Positions 9,403 to 18,601 are shown, counted from the stretch's first letter. The stretch is DNA of 58,592 nt from a virus (IMGVR_UViG_3300049011_000013:1-58592), one strand, 5' to 3'. Translations and numbers: made by a program. Notes: generated by a model from the sequence alone, not told the origin.

Positions 9403-10241
9403 GCCGCCTCCAACTGCTTCGCCGTCCCGCGCAGATACGCAACCAGGTCAGCGTAAGCCGGACAGGAATCCTCGACGCGCTCCTCACCACTCGTCGCAAT
9501 CTCGCGCTTAATGGCCTTGACGAAGTCCTCGGCAGCGATTTCCGCCTTGATAGACGCGACGCGATCCTGCTTTGGCCAGCCAGCGACGACCTGTGGCGTG
9601 ACTTTGGCTTTGCCTGCTGCCTTGGCTGCCTCCAAGTGGCCGGCGAGCGCCTTGCCTGCATCCTGGCCCTTGGCTTTGACGACCTTCAGCGCGGTAGTTG
9701 CGGAGACTTCGCCGCGTGTGACCATGCCTTGAACATCGCTGTTCGATTCGGCCAGCGCGATCATGTCGTTGACGTGGTTCGCGGATTTGCCGCAGCGCTT
9801 GGCGATCTGTGATGCGGTCCAGCCGAAGCCGAGCATCTTGCGGTACTGGACGCCCAATTGCAGCGGCGTCATTGGCAAGCCCTGCTGGCTGGTGATCATT
9901 AGCATCACGCGGTCGGCGTCATTGCCCCGGAATTGGCGGCAGTCGAGTGCGACGATTTCAGCGCCTTCGCTGATCGCCAGCAAAGCGCCCTCACGGCGGT
10001 GATGTCCATCAACCACGATCACGCGACCGTTCTCGACGCGCACTTCGAGCGGCGGCAGCGTGGCCCCGCCAATCAGCGAGTCCGCAATTGCGCGCACGTG
10101 TGCCGGATCAATCGGGCGTCCGTTAAACCCTTCCTCCACTTCCATGATGCGCGGATCGACTGCGAAGTTCGTCGTCTTCGATACACCCGCCTCCTTCTTC
10201 TCCGCCATTACCTTTAGCGATACCGCTCCTGTACTTGTCAT
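9399..10241 (-). CDS. ParB-like nuclease-domain protein
   Basis: VVDGHHRR ParB/Srx motif followed by an HTH (ASQIAKRCGKS). Confidence 0.8.
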   Translation of the reverse strand: MTSTGAVSLKVMAEKKEAGVSKTTNFAVDPRIMEVEEGFNGRPIDPAHVRAIADSLIGGATLPPLEVRVENGRVIVVDGHHRREGALLAISEGAEIVALDCRQFRGNDADRVMLMITSQQGLPMTPLQLGVQYRKMLGFGWTASQIAKRCGKSANHVNDMIALAESNSDVQGMVTRGEVSATTALKVVKAKGQDAGKALAGHLEAAKAAGKAKVTPQVVAGWPKQDRVASIKAEIAAEDFVKAIKREIATSGEERVEDSCPAYADLVAYLRGTAKQLEAA

Positions 10242-10254
10242 TGCATTCCCCTTG

Positions 10255-10548
10255 TTATGGCTTTGCAGCCGGTTGTTTCATGGCCTTGACGATTGCAAGG
10301 CGCTCTTTGGTTTCGGCAAGCACCTTGTTTGCAGTGCTTACCTTGCGTTCCGCCGACTCAACCAGGGCGGCGTGCGCTGCGGGCCACGACTCGTGGTAGC
10401 TGTGCATCAACGACTTCTTGCGCTCGTTGCGGATGCGGGCGGCACCTTTGCACTGTTCTCGGATCAGGTAAGCCGTTGCGGTCTCGCTGATGACTTCAAC
10501 GGGCTCGATTGGGGCGGCTGCGCATTGGGTAAGGCGGTACTTGATCAT
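10255..10548 (-). CDS. hypothetical protein, paralog of 9121-9402
   Basis: shared motif as above. Confidence 0.65.
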   Translation of the reverse strand: MIKYRLTQCAAAPIEPVEVISETATAYLIREQCKGAARIRNERKKSLMHSYHESWPAAHAALVESAERKVSTANKVLAETKERLAIVKAMKQPAAKP

Positions 10549-10949
10549 TCGATTAGCCCCTTTGCGCGCAAGATGCCTTGGCTAACTCGCCTGGCATTGT
10601 TGAAATAGCTGTCAACCAGGCTGCGCTCCATGTGGCCCGCGTAGCCGCCATCGAGCCACGAGTGACATGCACTACAGGCGTAGCAGCCCTCTTCGTCGCG
10701 CGCCTTGATGCCCGCGCCCTTGCCGTCTAGGTGGCTGTTCGAGTGCGCCCACACGGTCGTCGCCGGATCGAAATTGCAACATGGGAAGTGCAGCGTGCAA
10801 TCCTCGTCCTTGGCGCTCTTGCGTATCGGCGTCATCTTCGGGCGCGAAGTCTTCATGCGCTTGACGGCGGTCGCTTCCTTGCGCTCGCTGCGCTTGAACG
10901 AGGCGGGTTTTAGGCCGCTAGTTCGGGCGTTGAACCCTGACCTTTTCAT
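10545..10949 (-). CDS. DUF1364/YbcO-like zinc nuclease
   Basis: SAK.E.CT....CN.DP.TTV.AH...G.G.K......ACS.CH..LD motif. Confidence 0.8.
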   Translation of the reverse strand: MKRSGFNARTSGLKPASFKRSERKEATAVKRMKTSRPKMTPIRKSAKDEDCTLHFPCCNFDPATTVWAHSNSHLDGKGAGIKARDEEGCYACSACHSWLDGGYAGHMERSLVDSYFNNARRVSQGILRAKGLIE

Positions 10950-11106
10950 GCGCCACGCCTTTGGCAACGAATGCACTTCGGGCAATCGCCTGCGAATTGA
11001 GTTATCGACCTTCGGATGCGACAAGCCACGCACTGGCGCATCTTCGTCGTCATGCCGATGTTGACCGTGTGCGGGGTCAGCTTGTGGCTAGTCGTACCCG
11101 CGCCAT

Positions 11107-11463
11107 TCATTGATTCACCACCATTGCGGCCGGCACACCCCACCACAGGCATTCGAGCACGCCGCGCTTGTGATGCGGCGGCCAGGTCTTTACCGTGACT
11201 TGGCATTCCACCGAGGTATTCGGTTTCCTACGCGCGCTCGGATCAGACCCAGCCACCCAAAACGCCGGGGCTTTGTTCGTGGCGACGATCTGCATCGTGA
11301 TGCGGCCCTGTTTCCACATTTCATTCAGGTAGCCGCAAACGGTAGCCGGCGAGCGGAAAAGCGCTTCGCCAAGCTGGTAACTGTTCGCGCCGCATCGGGC
11401 GCGGATAATCGCTTCAATCTTGTTCATCATTTCGATAGCCTCGGGTGTGGTGAAGTTGGGCAT
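11107..11463 (-). CDS. HTH-like hypothetical protein
   Basis: coupled ORF with an HTH-like segment. Confidence 0.5.
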   Translation of the reverse strand: MPNFTTPEAIEMMNKIEAIIRARCGANSYQLGEALFRSPATVCGYLNEMWKQGRITMQIVATNKAPAFWVAGSDPSARRKPNTSVECQVTVKTWPPHHKRGVLECLWWGVPAAMVVNQ

Positions 11464-12021
11464 ACGGCCTCACAAGCGGCTGCATTTGACCGTTGCTCGC
11501 GCATCGACCACGACCTGCATTGCACGCATCACGGCAATCTCGCGGTTCAGCGTGGTGATTTGTGATATGCGGCGCGCGAGCTCGTTGCTCAGGTCGATAT
11601 TCGCGCGCCGAAGTGCTTCGTTCTCGGTGCGCAGTTCTGCCATGTGGGCGGCTTGGGCGGAAAGGCTCATTTCGCCGCCAGCAAAAGCGCTTCGATTTCG
11701 TCAACCGTTTCGCGCACCCACCAAGGCGAATCGACGCCGAGAATCGTGATGATCGAGCGCGCCGCCGAGTAGTCGCTTGGCTTGATGGCTGCGATTGCGT
11801 TGACGCCCGCTAGACGCGCCTCCCCCGTGTCATGCATATGAACGCGGATATGAGTCATTTCTGATTTTCCTTCCAGAGTGGGCAAGTCCAGCAGAGTTTT
11901 GCGGCGTAGAGACTGGCAACAAGAATGGTGGCCGCGCCTACCAGGAACACGCCGAGCGGGCCGAACAAGTACATCAGCGGGATGCCCATGAGCGAGACGA
12001 GGAGTGCTAGGAGGTGGCGGG

Positions 12022-12273
12022 TCATGTGGCACTCGCTTTCGCCGCTTCAACGAGGCGGTCATAGGTCGCCCTATTCATAATCAATGTATCGCCCAGGTAC
12101 TCGTAGACCAGCCCATCGGGCATGCGCTCGGTGCATCCGAAAAATTCGGTCATCCACGCGTTTGTCGCCGCGACCAACTCGGGCGATTGGATGCGGGCGA
12201 ATGAGGTTGATACCTGCATGTGCGGATCGGCTGGCGCGATTTGCACTTTTCTTCCAAGGATGGTTTGCATCAC
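12022..12273 (-). CDS. hypothetical protein
   Basis: coupled ORF in the early operon. Confidence 0.55.
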   Translation of the reverse strand: MMQTILGRKVQIAPADPHMQVSTSFARIQSPELVAATNAWMTEFFGCTERMPDGLVYEYLGDTLIMNRATYDRLVEAAKASAT

Positions 12274-12824
12274 ACACCCACCTGTCCGCGAGCAATCGCA
12301 ACCAAGCGCGGATCAGCCTTGGTCATCACATCGAGCAGCAGCCGCTTTTCTTCGAGATAGGTCACGGCGAACTTCGGATCGTGCATAACGATGCTGGGCG
12401 TGTTGCTGATCAGGTCAGCAACCTTGATGGTTTGAATCCAGCCCGGAGAGGCAGCGAGGCGAGCGCGGCTTGCGGCCTTGCGTGCAGCACGATTGCCGAT
12501 TTCGAGGTCGGACAGCAGATAAACCGCCTTAGCAACCAATGCTCCGAAGCGCTTCGTCAACTCGCTCTCGGTGATTCCCCAATCCTCCGCACAGTCATGC
12601 AAAAGTGCGACCGTTATCGGAATATCGCGCGGCATGGGCGCGGCATGGTCGCCAACCTTGTACATATCGCCCGCGCTGTCGCAGTGCATCGGCAGATCGC
12701 CACACGATGCGACGATGCCGGCAACCTCCGAGAGATGGCAAAAATACGGACAACCCGTGTAACGGCGCTGCTGCTCCCGGTGCACTTCGCGAGCGAACAG
12801 CATGGCTTCGTAGGCGAGCGTCAT
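12270..12824 (-). CDS. HD-domain (p)ppGpp-hydrolase-like protein (small alarmone hydrolase/MESH1 type)
   Basis: A..FA...H..Q.R...G.PY..H...VA, ALLHD..ED and IK.AD..SN motifs of the RelA/SpoT hydrolase domain; no synthetase domain. Confidence 0.8.
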   Translation of the reverse strand: MTLAYEAMLFAREVHREQQRRYTGCPYFCHLSEVAGIVASCGDLPMHCDSAGDMYKVGDHAAPMPRDIPITVALLHDCAEDWGITESELTKRFGALVAKAVYLLSDLEIGNRAARKAASRARLAASPGWIQTIKVADLISNTPSIVMHDPKFAVTYLEEKRLLLDVMTKADPRLVAIARGQVGV

Positions 12825-13114
12825 GCCGCCACCCCTTCACGCTGCGGCATCGGCTTGAACAGTGCCAGGGTGGATTCGAGGCCAGTTTGCTTGGGTGGTT
12901 TGCGGCGAAGTTGCTTTGGTTCTTGAACGGTAATAAGCCCATCCGACCACCTGACGCGATATGCAACCCATGTTTCTCGCTTGAATGTCACAGCATTCAA
13001 GACTTCGCGCGGCTCCAACCCGCCAATTACTTCGCACTCAGCGCCGTTGTATGCATCCCATGCTATGTTCCTGCCAATGGCAACCTCACCAACCTTAAAC
13101 GTATCCATAGTCAC
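12821..13114 (-). CDS. hypothetical protein
   Basis: coupled ORF beginning FKVGEVAI. Confidence 0.55.
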   Translation of the reverse strand: MTMDTFKVGEVAIGRNIAWDAYNGAECEVIGGLEPREVLNAVTFKRETWVAYRVRWSDGLITVQEPKQLRRKPPKQTGLESTLALFKPMPQREGVAA

Positions 13115-13536
13115 GCCTGCGTAAAGAAATGATGATCGGAGCCGCGTTGCGACCAGGTAGGTGCGTCGTCGCGGAACCCGCGCGAGCTGGTGAGGTAGCG
13201 CTTCGACAGCGGCGGCTGAAGGTAGGCGTTGTACTCACGCTTGGCTGCAATCTCGCCCTTTTGCTTTGGCGCTTCGGGCCGCTCGATCTGGTCGAAGTGC
13301 TTTCGGGCGAAGGGGCTGATGGTGATCTTGTCGTCGTGCTCGATCAGCCAGCCGCTTGCGATGGCGCGTTCAAGCGTGGCATTGCGATTGAATTTCTTCG
13401 CGCCGAAGTAGCCAGCAGCGAACAGGTCGGCGGCGAGCGCTGGACCGTGCTCGTAGATGTGCTCGGACGCGCGATAGGATGCGGTGTGGTTGCTTGGGAC
13501 GCGGGTGGCGTGGATGGATTGGTTTGGCTTGGTCAC
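13111..13536 (-). CDS. hypothetical protein
   Basis: coupled ORF with AGGAG RBS. Confidence 0.55.
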   Translation of the reverse strand: MTKPNQSIHATRVPSNHTASYRASEHIYEHGPALAADLFAAGYFGAKKFNRNATLERAIASGWLIEHDDKITISPFARKHFDQIERPEAPKQKGEIAAKREYNAYLQPPLSKRYLTSSRGFRDDAPTWSQRGSDHHFFTQA

Positions 13537-14063
13537 GGCGCACTCCTGGAGTTAGCGTACTCACCAAAATGCCCAAGAGCGGCAGTTTTATATGCCTTTG
13601 AAGCATCTTCCAAAACGTCGAATGTTCCGAGATACATTTGCTTTCCGTGCACTTGAATCTGCGCCATCCAGCGATTTCCGACTGGGGTTACGCCTTTAAT
13701 GCCATGCTTGTTATTTTTTTGCACTCCGCGATTGAACGTGTTTTGCGACACTGTCGCTATCCGTAAATTTTCAATGCGGTTATCTGATCGAATGCCGTTA
13801 ATGTGGTCTACGTATCCGTATGGCCACTCGCCGAAATGAATTGCCCAAGCGATGCGGTGAGCGCGCATTGTTACGCCACATGTCCTAATCTGGATGTATC
13901 CCTTGTTTGGAGTTCCGCATACATCACCTACACGCGCACGCCGGCGATTTTTCTTCCACGTCAGTACGCCGGTATCTGGCGCGTACGCGATCAATTGCTG
14001 GATGAGTGTTACGTCGAGCACCTTGCTTGGAGGGTTGCAAGTCCCCTGATCGATGGCGCTCAT
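13533..14063 (-). CDS. HNH homing endonuclease with AP2-like domain
   Basis: AHRIAW...VDHING.RSDNRIENLR; C-terminal W.AQI....YLGTF. Confidence 0.9.
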   Translation of the reverse strand: MSAIDQGTCNPPSKVLDVTLIQQLIAYAPDTGVLTWKKNRRRARVGDVCGTPNKGYIQIRTCGVTMRAHRIAWAIHFGEWPYGYVDHINGIRSDNRIENLRIATVSQNTFNRGVQKNNKHGIKGVTPVGNRWMAQIQVHGKQMYLGTFDVLEDASKAYKTAALGHFGEYANSRSAP

Positions 14064-14287
14064 ACCGCCCTCGCCACAACTTCGCCCGCAGCTTCAGCGA
14101 TACAGAACTGGTGATCCTGGTAGTAACGCTGGCGAGCGGTTTGCATGGCAACAATCGCTTTCATGTCGGCCAACAGGCCATCAGCGATTGCCTCGGACGA
14201 AAACGCCGAAGTGTGAGATTGCGCACAGACGCGCGGCGCAGGTTGCGTAAAATCGGATACAATGCGGTTCATAGTGTTCCTTAGTTG

Positions 14288-14319
14288 AAGGCCGGATGTC
14301 AGATATCCGGCCTTTTGTT
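14288..14319. terminator. hairpin/terminator
   Basis: AAGGCCGGAT...ATCCGGCCTT inverted repeat followed by TTGTTTTG. Confidence 0.55.
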
Positions 14320-14322
14320 TTG

Positions 14323-14583
14323 TCAGGCCAGAACAGCGGCGCGGAACTTCGGTGCAATGTCGCCCATCAAGGCGCGCAGGTCGCGGATTTCCATCCCGGT
14401 CACTTCGTGCATGCGGATCAACATGGACGCGCCGACCGGCAGGCGGTGGTGGCGAATCTTGGACAGAACTGGGGGCTGAATGGACAGCATGCGCGAAAGC
14501 GCCGCATCATTCTTCAACATCATCTTGTCGAGCAGCGTGTCCAGCAGTTGATTCGGGTTGTACTCGTTCGTTGCCATCTTCAT
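14323..14583 (-). CDS. HTH transcription regulator (host-like family)
   Basis: LKNDAALSR.L...PPV.SKIRHHRLPVGAS.LIRMHE HTH signature. Confidence 0.7.
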   Translation of the reverse strand: MKMATNEYNPNQLLDTLLDKMMLKNDAALSRMLSIQPPVLSKIRHHRLPVGASMLIRMHEVTGMEIRDLRALMGDIAPKFRAAVLA

Positions 14584-14878
14584 CCCCTTGTTTTGGTTGG
14601 TCTGCCAGCTCGTGCGGCTGGCGCAGTCGTACTTGAATGTCCATCTTCCCTTTCGGCGCTGTCAGCGCTCAGGCTCCTTTTTCACGGTCCGCTCGTAAAG
14701 CTCACTGGCCAAGATCAAGTCACTGTGTGCCTTGTCGCGTAACCTGATGGCTTGAGACTTCTTGCCATCAGGGGCGGCTTTCATAGCCAGGTGCGCGCGG
14801 CGGTAGTCGATCAACTTTTGCAGCGCATTTTCTTTAAGGCTCATAAGTCTCCGATTTTTTAACTACTTGACCGGCAAA

Positions 14879-15127
14879 TCAAAGCCGAAGCGGAAGGGGA
14901 GCCCCGCCGCGCCGGCTCGGGAACATGGCCATGTTCTGGCCACCTTTGGGTCGTTCCCTTCGTCGCGTTTGGCCAGTACGATTCACCCATCGCGACCAGT
15001 TCCGCGCAAGCTCACGCAGGATGCGGCTTTGGGGTACGTCGCTATCAACGCAGGCGCGCTCGAAATCGAGAAATTCGTCGGCGTTGAACAGGGACTTCAC
15101 TACGATATTGCGTACGTCTGTTTTCAT
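14879..15127 (-). CDS. small DNA-binding protein in the cII position
   Basis: AGGAG RBS; directly downstream of cro; RHH-like pattern. Confidence 0.5.
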   Translation of the reverse strand: MKTDVRNIVVKSLFNADEFLDFERACVDSDVPQSRILRELARNWSRWVNRTGQTRRRERPKGGQNMAMFPSRRGGAPLPLRL

Positions 15128-15181
15128 TTTTGACTCCTATGAGGGGAAGGTTGAAACGTGAAACGATGTTGAAGTGAGGTG

Positions 15182-15391
15182 TCAGGGCGGCGCACCTGAT
15201 TGCGCATGGCGCATGAACAGGTCAGGCCGCTCGACTTTGACTTTGGAGGGGATGCCGCGCGTCATCCAGTTGGACACACGCGACACGTTGCCCGGAGATT
15301 TTTCTAGGCCGAGCTTTCCGCATACGGCCACGGCCCCGCCGAGAGATTCGAGCAGTGCCTTGTCGGCGGTAATTTGTTCAGAAGTGTTCAT
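15182..15391 (-). CDS. cro: Cro-like repressor
   Basis: LLESLGG..AV...LG.....RVSNW..RGIP Cro-type HTH; divergent from the repressor. Confidence 0.8.
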   Translation of the reverse strand: MNTSEQITADKALLESLGGAVAVCGKLGLEKSPGNVSRVSNWMTRGIPSKVKVERPDLFMRHAQSGAPP

Positions 15392-15398
15392 AAGACGT

Positions 15399-15454
15399 AT
15401 TTAACACCACGTGATGGGGTGTTGTCAACGTCACGTTAAACAACGGCACGTTAA
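15399..15454. promoter_or_regulatory. OR-like operators and leftward promoter
   Basis: quasi-palindromes TTAACACCACGTGAT (15401), TCAACGTCACGTTAA (15425) and ACAACGGCACGTTAA (15440); TTGACA on the minus strand at 15423-15428. Confidence 0.75.
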
Positions 15455-15479
15455 TTTGCTAGAAAATCACGGCCACGCT

Positions 15480-15923
15480 ATGAAAAACAAGAAAAGGGAA
15501 TCCCAGATGCACGAATCAGCCGCGCGCCTTTACGAGGTCGTAAAAATCCTGCGCGACATAGAAGGCCAGGCTGCGGTAAGTCGGGTAATGAACGTGTCGG
15601 CCCAAACACTGGGCATGTGGGCGATTAGAGGGGTGTCGATTGACGGCGCGCTTGATGCGCAGCGCAAGCTAAGTTGCAATGCTGTTTGGATACTGGATGG
15701 CACTGGCCCGATGCTGCTGAGTGATGCGCATGGTGGAACTTTGGAGCGAAACGGCGGGGGCTTGGCCGACGCTCTAAAGTTGACTTGTGAGACCGCACGA
15801 GAGATACAACTTTTATCGATCTACAGGCTGTCGAATCAGGACAACCGCAGGGCTATCGAAATCGCCATTGACTTGGCGCGGAAGGACCTCGACATCCTCC
15901 GCTGGCTCAACCAGGGTAAGTAA
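15480..15923 (+). CDS. CI-like repressor without an S24 peptidase domain
   Basis: HTH (QAAVSRVMNVSAQTLGMW..RGVS), WILDGTGPM linker, short helical C-terminus; divergent from cro. Confidence 0.75.
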   Translation: MKNKKRESQMHESAARLYEVVKILRDIEGQAAVSRVMNVSAQTLGMWAIRGVSIDGALDAQRKLSCNAVWILDGTGPMLLSDAHGGTLERNGGGLADALKLTCETAREIQLLSIYRLSNQDNRRAIEIAIDLARKDLDILRWLNQGK

Positions 15924-16046
15924 AACTCGTGGCGCAGGAAAGTCGAGTGCGTACTGCGCCCCCGTCTGTCGATATTTCTGCCGCGCCCAAGGGTTCATTG
16001 CAAGGTAGTTGGTAATCAACTCCTGAACTTCTGAAGAGTGCATCAT
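15813..16046 (-). CDS. small antisense ORF overlapping the repressor 3' end
   Basis: GGGGAA RBS-like sequence; N-terminal half resembles the repressor C-terminal domain. Confidence 0.45.
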   Translation of the reverse strand: MMHSSEVQELITNYLAMNPWARQKYRQTGAQYALDFPAPRVLLTLVEPAEDVEVLPRQVNGDFDSPAVVLIRQPVDR

Positions 16047-16291
16047 TCGTCATTTCCCCATGGCAATCATTGGATAGTTTGAGTAGGACCATTCCTACGC
16101 CAATAGTCACTTGTAGCATGTTGGATGCCACTTAAAAGTAACCAAAAACCACACGTCAATACACAATTTTGTGAGAATCGACTAAGTTACCTATGGCGAA
16201 CGAACGTTGCACTAAAAAATATATTTGTAACTCGGCTTCATGATGAAGCCGAAAACAACACTTTGATTACCAATCGCGCAACACTCGCGCG

Positions 16292-16552
16292 ATGAAAAAA
16301 CTAGCCACCTCTCAGGACGAGTATCACCGCACCGCTTTGCGACTTCCAAGAGACCTGCACCAGCAAGTGCTAAGAGCCGCCGAGGCTGCCGGGCGCACGA
16401 TGAACGCGGAACTGCTGGCGCGGATCGCTGGCGCCGATGAGGTCGTGGCCAACAAGGAGTTGGTGCGGCAGAACGCGGAGCTTAAGGCCATGTTGCGCGA
16501 AATCATGGAGGCCATCGAGCTTCTAAAGAAACCGGAGATAGGAAAGCTATGA
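16292..16552 (+). CDS. Arc-family ribbon-helix-helix protein
   Basis: RTALRLPRDLH.....AA...GRTMNAEL..R. Confidence 0.85.
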   Translation: MKKLATSQDEYHRTALRLPRDLHQQVLRAAEAAGRTMNAELLARIAGADEVVANKELVRQNAELKAMLREIMEAIELLKKPEIGKL

Positions 16553-16875
16553 AGACTACGATACTCGCCGCCCTGCTCCTGACTGCGGCCCACGCGAGCG
16601 CCGGCCAATGCGTGACGCTCGATTACCAGGAAATGAAAGAAATGTCCGTAGAGGCCGTCATTGCCGAATACTGCAAGGCGCAAGCGGCGGGTGTCGATAG
16701 CCTCATTCACGGCATGAAAGCCAGCACGGCTGGCGATAGAGCCTTAAGCAGAACCCTTGGCGACCAGGGCGAGCATTGCCTGTTGCAAGTCAAGCGGATC
16801 GAGCGAATATTGATTGGCAAGGGAATCGAGAAGCCGGCCGAGGCCACCTTATGTAAGACCGCAAGCTCCGAGTAA
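16549..16875 (+). CDS. secreted/periplasmic protein, possible superinfection-exclusion factor
   Basis: signal peptide MKTTILAALLLTAAHASA; four Cys; in the immunity operon. Confidence 0.55.
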   Translation: MKTTILAALLLTAAHASAGQCVTLDYQEMKEMSVEAVIAEYCKAQAAGVDSLIHGMKASTAGDRALSRTLGDQGEHCLLQVKRIERILIGKGIEKPAEATLCKTASSE

Positions 16876-16892
16876 TCCAAGGCAGCCACACC

Positions 16893-16917
16893 AAGCCCCG
16901 CAAGTCGGGGCTTTTTT
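16893..16917 (+). terminator. intrinsic terminator of the immunity operon
   Basis: AAGCCCCG-CAAGT-CGGGGCTT followed by TTTT. Confidence 0.8.
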
Positions 16918-16968
16918 ACGTCCGTAGCATTGCCGATTGTGCATCCGTACAACAAGTCGCTGCGTTAC

Positions 16969-17042
16969 TTCACGCCGTGTCAAAGTATTTTGCATATTTT
17001 CTTAACATGGTGTTGACATGATGATTAACATCACGTTACCAT
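16969..17042 (+). promoter_or_regulatory. OL-like operators and pL-like promoter
   Basis: TTCACGCCGTGTCAA (16969), TTAACATGGTGTTGA (17002) and TTAACATCACGTTAC (17025) match the OR consensus; TTGACA(17013)-18 nt-TACCAT(17037). Confidence 0.75.
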
Positions 17043-17075
17043 GACTCATCTGCTCAACAAACACACGAGAACGCC

Positions 17076-17342
17076 ATGAACATCAACCCGACCTACAAGC
17101 TGCTCGCCTCTGGCTACAACTACATGGATGTCGTCGTTGACCTGTACGGCGACTTCGACGGCGAGGCTGATGTGCAAGACGTGGCTCTGTGCGGCGACAA
17201 GCGCAGCATCGGCGCGCTGATTCCAGGCAAGGCTTACGACGCCATGAACGAGTTTGCCGATCGTGCGATTGCGGCGGCGCGGCGTGAGAGCCAGATCAAC
17301 TACCAGATTGCGCGCTTTGCGTGCGACAGGCTGGCGGCTTGA
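17076..17342 (+). CDS. first early-operon hypothetical protein
   Basis: first ORF after the pL-like promoter. Confidence 0.6.
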   Translation: MNINPTYKLLASGYNYMDVVVDLYGDFDGEADVQDVALCGDKRSIGALIPGKAYDAMNEFADRAIAAARRESQINYQIARFACDRLAA

Positions 17343-17488
17343 ATGAGTGCGCCGCGCCCTCAATCACAAGCGCGGCTTGCCTTGGTCAGGTCAGGAAATC
17401 AGACCCTTTGGGCGGTAGCCCCGACTCTCCGCGCAGTCGGCCCGATGGGCGAGCGCGGAACCACTTAACCACACTTAAGGATGTCCAT

Positions 17489-17704
17489 ATGAATGCCAGG
17501 AAAGCCAAATCGCTCCGCGCCCTCGCCCGCTCAACTGCCGTCGAACTCGTCGCGTATCTGCCGATGAGGCCGCAAGTCATCTTCGGCAAGATGGACATTG
17601 CCCGCAAAGGCCCAAGCGCAATCTGGCTCGGCCAATGCACGCTCGATCCGAAATGCGCCCGCGCTCAATACCAGCAGATGAAGCGTGAAGCTCGCGCAAC
17701 CTGA
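17489..17704 (+). CDS. basic hypothetical protein
   Basis: TAAGGA RBS; MNARKAKSLR start. Confidence 0.55.
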   Translation: MNARKAKSLRALARSTAVELVAYLPMRPQVIFGKMDIARKGPSAIWLGQCTLDPKCARAQYQQMKREARAT

Positions 17705-18055
17705 GCGAATGTGCTTTGCGCCTCACCCTCGTAAGGGGTGTCCACAAGAGAGAGTCCGGGCAAATCAGCGAAGCGCCCCGGCAAGTTGAGCCAGTCTCCG
17801 GGCTCTCTCTTGTGGTGCCGCATGACTGGATTTGGGCGGCTAGTACCCGACCCCGTTAAAGCGCAGGGCGAAGATTAACTTCAGGATTCCCGGCAGTACG
17901 TAGCGATGAAAGTAGCCCGGCCACCACTTCAACCAACCGGAGACAACCATGAACCAAGACCGCATCACCAGCCGCGAGAATCGCCACGCAATCCGTCTCC
18001 TGTTTTTGATCGTGCTGGTGTGCGGCCTGCTTGATGGATTGTCGGGGGTGGTGGT

Positions 18056-18289
18056 ATGAGCGCGAAATTGACGCCGTGGTTTCCTGCCGACGTAAAGCCG
18101 GTGCATGTCGGGGTATATCAGCGAGAGGATTGCGATACGGGCAGGCCATATTACTACTTCTGGAATGGTGACTTCTTTGAATTCGGCGGGCGCAGCGCTC
18201 CTGAAGATGTCAAGCGCAATGACTGGCCGACCATCTCAGAAGGCGAGCGCTGGCGCGGCCTCGCCGATGAACCCGGAGTCACGCCATGA
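18056..18289 (+). CDS. phage hypothetical protein
   Basis: LTPWFP..VKPV..GVY...WRGL motif. Confidence 0.65.
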   Translation: MSAKLTPWFPADVKPVHVGVYQREDCDTGRPYYYFWNGDFFEFGGRSAPEDVKRNDWPTISEGERWRGLADEPGVTP

Positions 18290-18601
18290 CCCGCCGCGAG
18301 CAAGAAGCCCTGCCTAGCCTGCTGGGCATGGCCCTCGGAATCCTCGCCGCATTCGCCGTGATCGCCTGCCTCGGCGGCGCGCAGTACCAGGACCAGCGCG
18401 ACGACGAAAAGCTGCGCGACCAGATCGCCAAGAAGGTTGACAAGTACGCCGACCTTGACCGCCGTGGCCGCCAGATGACCGCGTACGACGAGATTAAGAA
18501 GTGAAGCTGATCAAAGCATATCGCAAGTGGCATGGCTGGGGATTTCGGCGCAAGGATGCGCTGTACCTGGCAATCAAGTATTTCAAACTATAGGAATGAC
18601 A

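Noticed and set aside
16937-16952. TTGT-N8-ACAA as a LexA box
   Set aside because: Both invariant outer bases of CTGT/ACAG are changed.
17410-17460. HDV-like or hammerhead ribozyme
   Set aside because: It lacks the P3/L3 elements and the CUGAUGA/GAAA cores; kept only as a generic pseudoknot candidate.
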